This document shows positions 59,377 through 64,000 of a stretch of DNA of 64,000 nt, one piece after another. A model generated the notes under the pieces. That model saw only the letters and a program-made list of their open reading frames with translations. It searched no databases and had not been told where the DNA came from. Position 1 is the first letter of the stretch; each line of letters begins with the position of its first letter. A program made the translations under genes and the position numbers. This DNA is from Bacillota bacterium (GTDB lineage: Bacteria; Bacillota; Clostridia; Lachnospirales; Lachnospiraceae). The stretch is from positions 31,934 through 95,933 of the forward strand of contig JAFAGA010000083.1 of NCBI GenBank assembly GCA_023423045.1, in the 5' to 3' direction.

Positions 59377-60633
59377 TTAATTTGATATATAGGTTTGCAT
59401 TACTTCCTTTATATTAAGATACTGTTCAATAATTTTTGTTCCTGTTTTTCGGTCACCTAAATAAGCAGGAGATAATGATAAGTGCAGATTTGAACAGGTA
59501 GAATTATTTGGTAGTATTAAGGCACTATATATTTTAGTGCTCTTCGAAATCCCACCTCTAAGTATCTCATTATATGAAAATTGCTTATAATTTAAATCCG
59601 AGACGTTGTAAAAATATTTCGAATCAAAAATATAAATAGAATCATCTTGTTTTGCATGATGATCTAACCGTATTTTAAACAGGTGTGGAGAATCATCGAT
59701 AGTAAATTCTTTAGCTGCAAATCTCAAGGGCGATGCTACTAAACTTTTATCAAATATGATAGAATCGGAAACTTCATCAACACATTTAAAATATTTATTC
59801 AGGTACTTTGAAACCATCTGCTCCCATATTTTATCAAAATAGTTGATTTTGATATGGATATCACCGCCTTTTGGCGATTTTTTATATTGTTCAAAAAAAT
59901 TAATTAGGTGTGCTATCAAATTTTTTTGGGTATCTTTAAAGGTTTTACTATTAATTTGTCGCAATAGTTGCAATGTATATTCTCTATGTTTGATAAAGTC
60001 AAAAGAACTTATTTTGTAACCCGTTTTTGGTAAACGAATAAAATATGGAAAACTATTAATCGTATGATCGATAACAAATACCATGCATTCACTAAGGAAA
60101 ACATTCTGTTGCCTTTTTTTCTTTCTATAAAGGGGAGAGAAAACCAAGTTGCCATTGCTAACTATCACCTGTGCCTTTTGAATAGTTTTTTTCCATGCAA
60201 CTGATCCATTTGCATTGGGTTTAACTTCAATATTACTTTCACGATAAATACCATACTGACGAAAATATTTATAAACTTCGAAAAAAGAAGCAAAAGGGTA
60301 ATCAGATACAAACTCAGGTTTTGCCCCGATGTACTTAGTCGCTTTGGCAGTAGTAGATACTTCCTTTGTATATTTTACAAACACATCAAATAACAATTTA
60401 ATATCTTCTAAATTCGCCTTTTTGTCACGATTCAAATCTTTCAACTCTAAATCACTGTAAAAATGTTTCGGAAAAACAGATAATACATTACCTTCATCTA
60501 AAACAAACCCAACAAAATCAAACACTTCTTTATTATCAGATTTTAAATATTTTGTATCACCTTTTTCAAGACCAAAAGGTGATAAATCTATACCATCAAC
60601 GTTATAATAATCTTGTCCATAATGAAATTTCAT
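59377..60633 (-). CDS. McrC-like / LlaJI-family restriction endonuclease subunit
   Basis: FDFVGFV...VFPK, G.VAWKKTI, FDKIWEQMV, RLDH...IFDSKYF...YKQF.Y (PD-(D/E)xK). Confidence 0.82.
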   Translation of the reverse strand: MKFHYGQDYYNVDGIDLSPFGLEKGDTKYLKSDNKEVFDFVGFVLDEGNVLSVFPKHFYSDLELKDLNRDKKANLEDIKLLFDVFVKYTKEVSTTAKATKYIGAKPEFVSDYPFASFFEVYKYFRQYGIYRESNIEVKPNANGSVAWKKTIQKAQVIVSNGNLVFSPLYRKKKRQQNVFLSECMVFVIDHTINSFPYFIRLPKTGYKISSFDFIKHREYTLQLLRQINSKTFKDTQKNLIAHLINFFEQYKKSPKGGDIHIKINYFDKIWEQMVSKYLNKYFKCVDEVSDSIIFDKSLVASPLRFAAKEFTIDDSPHLFKIRLDHHAKQDDSIYIFDSKYFYNVSDLNYKQFSYNEILRGGISKSTKIYSALILPNNSTCSNLHLSLSPAYLGDRKTGTKIIEQYLNIKEVMQTYISN

Positions 60634-60664
60634 TAGATTAGCACCACCCCTATTCACCAAAAAA

Positions 60665-61615
60665 TCATAAACTACCTCTTAGCCACAGTTCTATGCATTC
60701 TAAAAACTTATCGCTAAAAACCTTTTTATCATCTTCATAAGCATCATACAGTTCGGAAAAACTTGTAACTGATGAATCAAACAAACTAATTTCAGTGCTA
60801 TAACTTGATTTATGAATATCACTCCATAAATAATGTAATAGTTTATTTTTAAATTGATTTTTATGATCGCTTGGTGTGCCACCAATTTTAAATTCTATAA
60901 AGAACTGGCCCAACTGCTTATCTTCGCCAAGTCCTAAAAATCGCGAGTCCGAAATGAATTTATTTAAAGTGCCGTAAATATCAACCCACTTAACAGGTTT
61001 TTTTGTACCTGCATTATCTGAAACAACTTCGATGTCGATATTGTTTTTATATGGACCCCCTACTGGTTCCGGCTTAGTGCTTATATAATGCCATTCAAAC
61101 CTCCTTTTGAAAGCTGTATCCATTACAAATACATTCTGATCACTTGTATTAACAGTTCCAAAAATATTGAAGTTAGGTGGTAATTTTATTTTATCATCAG
61201 TAATAGCTATGATGTCTTCTGATATGATGTCGTTATTGATAAAGTATTTACTATAACCTTTATCTATACCTTGAGATTCTCTATCTAGTAATTGAAAAAT
61301 ATCTCCAAAAATGCCTGCACAATCTCCTCTGGACATTTCCTCAATTATCAAAAATACCTCTTTGGAAGTATCTTCGTATGCTTTTTCTAATGCTTTTGTA
61401 AATATTCCCTTTGCAAATTCATAGCTGATATTAGTAGCACCACTTGCCGTTTTCTGAACTTTAGGTAGTAATTGTCCAACGAAATCATTATACGTATATT
61501 CTGGATGGAATGTAGTTCTAAAAATTCTATCATCATCAACACCAGATGCTTTTACTTGTTCATCTACACCATAACTTTTTCCTGTACCTGGCGCGCCATA
61601 ATAAATTATTTGCAT
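60665..61615 (-). CDS. McrB-like AAA+ GTPase subunit without an N-terminal DNA-binding domain
   Basis: GAPGTGKS, TFHPEYTY.DFVG, IIEEMSRG, NTSDQNV..MDTAFKRRF. Confidence 0.9.
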   Translation of the reverse strand: MQIIYYGAPGTGKSYGVDEQVKASGVDDDRIFRTTFHPEYTYNDFVGQLLPKVQKTASGATNISYEFAKGIFTKALEKAYEDTSKEVFLIIEEMSRGDCAGIFGDIFQLLDRESQGIDKGYSKYFINNDIISEDIIAITDDKIKLPPNFNIFGTVNTSDQNVFVMDTAFKRRFEWHYISTKPEPVGGPYKNNIDIEVVSDNAGTKKPVKWVDIYGTLNKFISDSRFLGLGEDKQLGQFFIEFKIGGTPSDHKNQFKNKLLHYLWSDIHKSSYSTEISLFDSSVTSFSELYDAYEDDKKVFSDKFLECIELWLRGSL

Positions 61616-61636
61616 TTTAGTATTCTCCTTTTAAAT

Positions 61637-62485
61637 TTATCCTTGAATTTTCAAAATATAATCTCTAATTGTAGGAATATCTCCATCATTTAAACCAGTT
61701 AATGAAGTAGTATTAATTACATATTTTTCTTTAGCGGCCAAATATACCGCCGGTATAACCCTTAAAAACCATCTATATATATATGCCGTATCATTTGTTC
61801 TTCCTAACATATTTGAACATATAATACTTATTTCTCCAGCGGTTACATCAAGTGTAAAATAATCATTAGAACCATCTTGCAAAATTAATTCATTTAATTG
61901 TTGTATTGTATTAATTGACGTTATAATATCATCATCACCACTATTAATTACATCGTATAATCGGTTATCAAATATGTCTAAATAGTTTATTCCCATAGTT
62001 TGTGCACAAATAATCTGACGTTTTACAGAGGCATTATTCACTCTACTTGTTGTACACAAACTAATCGCAAATATTGGCATATTATTAATATGGAGATCCT
62101 TAGTCACATTTGCAATGTTATTATATATACCAATTATTACAGGTGGTATCTTACTTGATAAAAAATCATTAGCATTTCCTGCATCAGGATCGACATAAAA
62201 AAACAAACCATCAACATTCTTTTTTTCATTTTCCAAGTAACCAGCAAAAAAAGATACTCTACTTGAATTATTAATTCTCTCTTTTATAACTGTTTTATTT
62301 TCAACTCTAATGCTTTGTATCTTTAACTTAGCGTACTTGTTATTTAGTCGATTAATGATGTTATTTAGCATATCATCTACAGTATCCACGCCAATAGCTA
62401 ACCATTTATTATGTGTGCCTGGATCACTGTGTGCAGCTCTCAGTTTTGTCATTAATTCTTCTGGAACAACTAACACATGACTCAT
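61637..62485 (-). CDS. Hypothetical protein, probable DNA-recognition subunit of the RM operon (LlaI.1-like position)
   Basis: 282-aa ORF tightly packed between the methylase and the McrB-like gene. Function inferred from position only. Confidence 0.55.
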   Translation of the reverse strand: MSHVLVVPEELMTKLRAAHSDPGTHNKWLAIGVDTVDDMLNNIINRLNNKYAKLKIQSIRVENKTVIKERINNSSRVSFFAGYLENEKKNVDGLFFYVDPDAGNANDFLSSKIPPVIIGIYNNIANVTKDLHINNMPIFAISLCTTSRVNNASVKRQIICAQTMGINYLDIFDNRLYDVINSGDDDIITSINTIQQLNELILQDGSNDYFTLDVTAGEISIICSNMLGRTNDTAYIYRWFLRVIPAVYLAAKEKYVINTTSLTGLNDGDIPTIRDYILKIQG

Positions 62486-62501
62486 GTTATTTCTCCTTCT
62501 T

Positions 62502-64000
62502 CTAATAGTTTACTATTAAGACCTCATTTTTTGAATATCTCCATCCACTAGTACCTATGTCAACAATTCTTAATCCGTGTTCTTCCACCCACTTCAATAG
62601 TAAATGATTTGTTCTATCTTTATGATGTATAACATTTGAGAGCATGAATTTATATCCTAATGAATCAATATGGCTTAGTATATTTAACAGCTCTACTTCT
62701 TCATCTGCAGACCAACCTTTCATTCCTCTCTTACCATCATTATAAGCAGCACTCGTAATAAAATAAGGTGGGTCAAAATAAAAAACAGTGCCTGATGGAA
62801 ATTCACTCCAATTTATTGATGTGTAGTCAACATTCATCATTCGTAGATTTTTAGCTTTAACCTCAAAGTTGAGTATTCTTTGCTTTATATCTTCACTATA
62901 GCCTGCTACTCCAATCGGAGTGTTAAACTTATGGTTTCCATTAAATCTGATCATATTTTGGAATGAGTACATGTGGAGCAAATATAAATTTAATGGAGAA
63001 CGCTCCCCCTCATTATAATCTAACCGAAGTTTGTCAAATGGCTCCCTCTCACCTTTTTCCAACTTGTATTTATCTATACCTTCCTCTATGGCTTCAACGA
63101 TTTCAGCTTTGTCCGTTTTTAGAATCCATTCGATAATTTCATAAATATAAGGGTTAAGTTCATTATAAATAACGCAATCTGTGGCATTGATATTTGCCCC
63201 AACGTTAAATGCGCCTCCCATAACATCAACAAAAGTATTTACTGAAGGAGGAAGCTCTTTGATTATAGCAGGCAGCAAAGTGTCCTTGCTGCCAGAATAA
63301 TTAAGCGGAGACTTATTTAAAGACATATCTTTTTGAAAATATATTATCACTTCGTTGAGGGATTTACCGTTCCTCTTGTTGCTTGATCTATGATTCTGAT
63401 ACTCCACATATTCGGTACTTTCTATGTATACCTTCCCGTCTTTAGCAAATAACTTTGCTAAATTAACCAAGTCCTCTATACTAACGAGTCCTTGATTACT
63501 ATAGCTCACCAATACATGCTTGTAATTAATCTGCCTAAATAAATCTTCAAAAGCTTGTAATGCCTTTGTTCTCTGGGCGAATAATGAGTTTTTATTACCC
63601 CTACCTCTTTTTCCACCTACACCTTTTATATCGGGTGAATCATATTTAGCAATAGTATCTAACATATGATACGCTGAGACATATTGAGTTACAGTATATG
63701 GAGGGTCTATATATGCTATATCTCCTTCAATTCGCCTTACTAAACTATTCGTTTCTTCATTATAAACATCATTTTGAGCGAAAAGCTCTTGTTCGTTCAT
63801 TTCAAGTGGTTCCAAGACAAAATCTTTTGTCGCTCTTGAGTCCCAGAATTTAAAGAATGCTTCATAAGTTCCTGAAGTATTTGAAAACTTAGTGGTACTT
63901 TCAATAAGAGAAGATAACAGAAAATAATACTCATTTTCAGAAATAGTTTGTTCTCTATAAAGATCCTCAATCTTTATTCTAATGCCATCGATTTTCTTAC
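62502..64000 (-). CDS. Tandem-domain N6-adenine methyltransferase (M.FokI/M.LlaI-like), 5' end outside the window
   Basis: Two DPPY motifs (YIDPPY, YFDPPY), SPLNYSGSK, FVDVMGG. The frame stays open from 63815 to the edge (KIDGIR...SNTSGTYEAF). Confidence 0.9.
   Translation of the reverse strand, partial: KKIDGIRIKIEDLYREQTISENEYYFLLSSLIESTTKFSNTSGTYEAFFKFWDSRATKDFVLEPLEMNEQELFAQNDVYNEETNSLVRRIEGDIAYIDPPYTVTQYVSAYHMLDTIAKYDSPDIKGVGGKRGRGNKNSLFAQRTKALQAFEDLFRQINYKHVLVSYSNQGLVSIEDLVNLAKLFAKDGKVYIESTEYVEYQNHRSSNKRNGKSLNEVIIYFQKDMSLNKSPLNYSGSKDTLLPAIIKELPPSVNTFVDVMGGAFNVGANINATDCVIYNELNPYIYEIIEWILKTDKAEIVEAIEEGIDKYKLEKGEREPFDKLRLDYNEGERSPLNLYLLHMYSFQNMIRFNGNHKFNTPIGVAGYSEDIKQRILNFEVKAKNLRMMNVDYTSINWSEFPSGTVFYFDPPYFITSAAYNDGKRGMKGWSADEEVELLNILSHIDSLGYKFMLSNVIHHKDRTNHLLLKWVEEHGLRIVDIGTSGWRYSKNEVLIVNY

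Larger units (their letters stand above)
12983..64000. mobile_element. HK97-like siphoprophage / integrative element inserted in comEC; far end outside the window
   Basis: Contiguous integration, lysis, tail, head, packaging, replication and regulatory modules plus an RM operon. Whether the RM operon is inside the element is inferred, since the far att site is not visible. Confidence 0.85.

Overview
Clostridial chromosome segment, probably Lachnospiraceae-like. Core genes priA and murE lie at the left. Everything from about 2.5 kb to the window end is a stack of horizontally acquired DNA inside the competence gene comEC, which survives here as three out-of-order fragments (2361-2504, 9157-9629, 12746-12982). 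Three of the fragment junctions share an AA crossover dinucleotide and a 26-bp half-site. Two of these half-sites join into a 54-bp imperfect palindrome typical of a large-serine-recombinase (LSR) attP. Layer C (2505-9156) is an integrase-free cassette with a CIRCE-controlled Hsp20, SleC, an amidase and a LysM-GH18 protein lacking the catalytic Glu. Layer B (9159-12980) is a decayed segment with a collapsed LSR pseudogene and an AAA-DUF4143 ATPase. Layer A (12983 to beyond 64000) is an apparently intact HK97-like siphoprophage. It carries two LSRs, a coupled pair of YfjP-like GTPases next to its att site, an HNH moron, a metK/methylase/amidoligase insert between terS and terL, a PolA/primase/SNF2 replication region and a LlaI-like restriction-modification operon. 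All calls come from reading sequence and motifs; no database searches were run.
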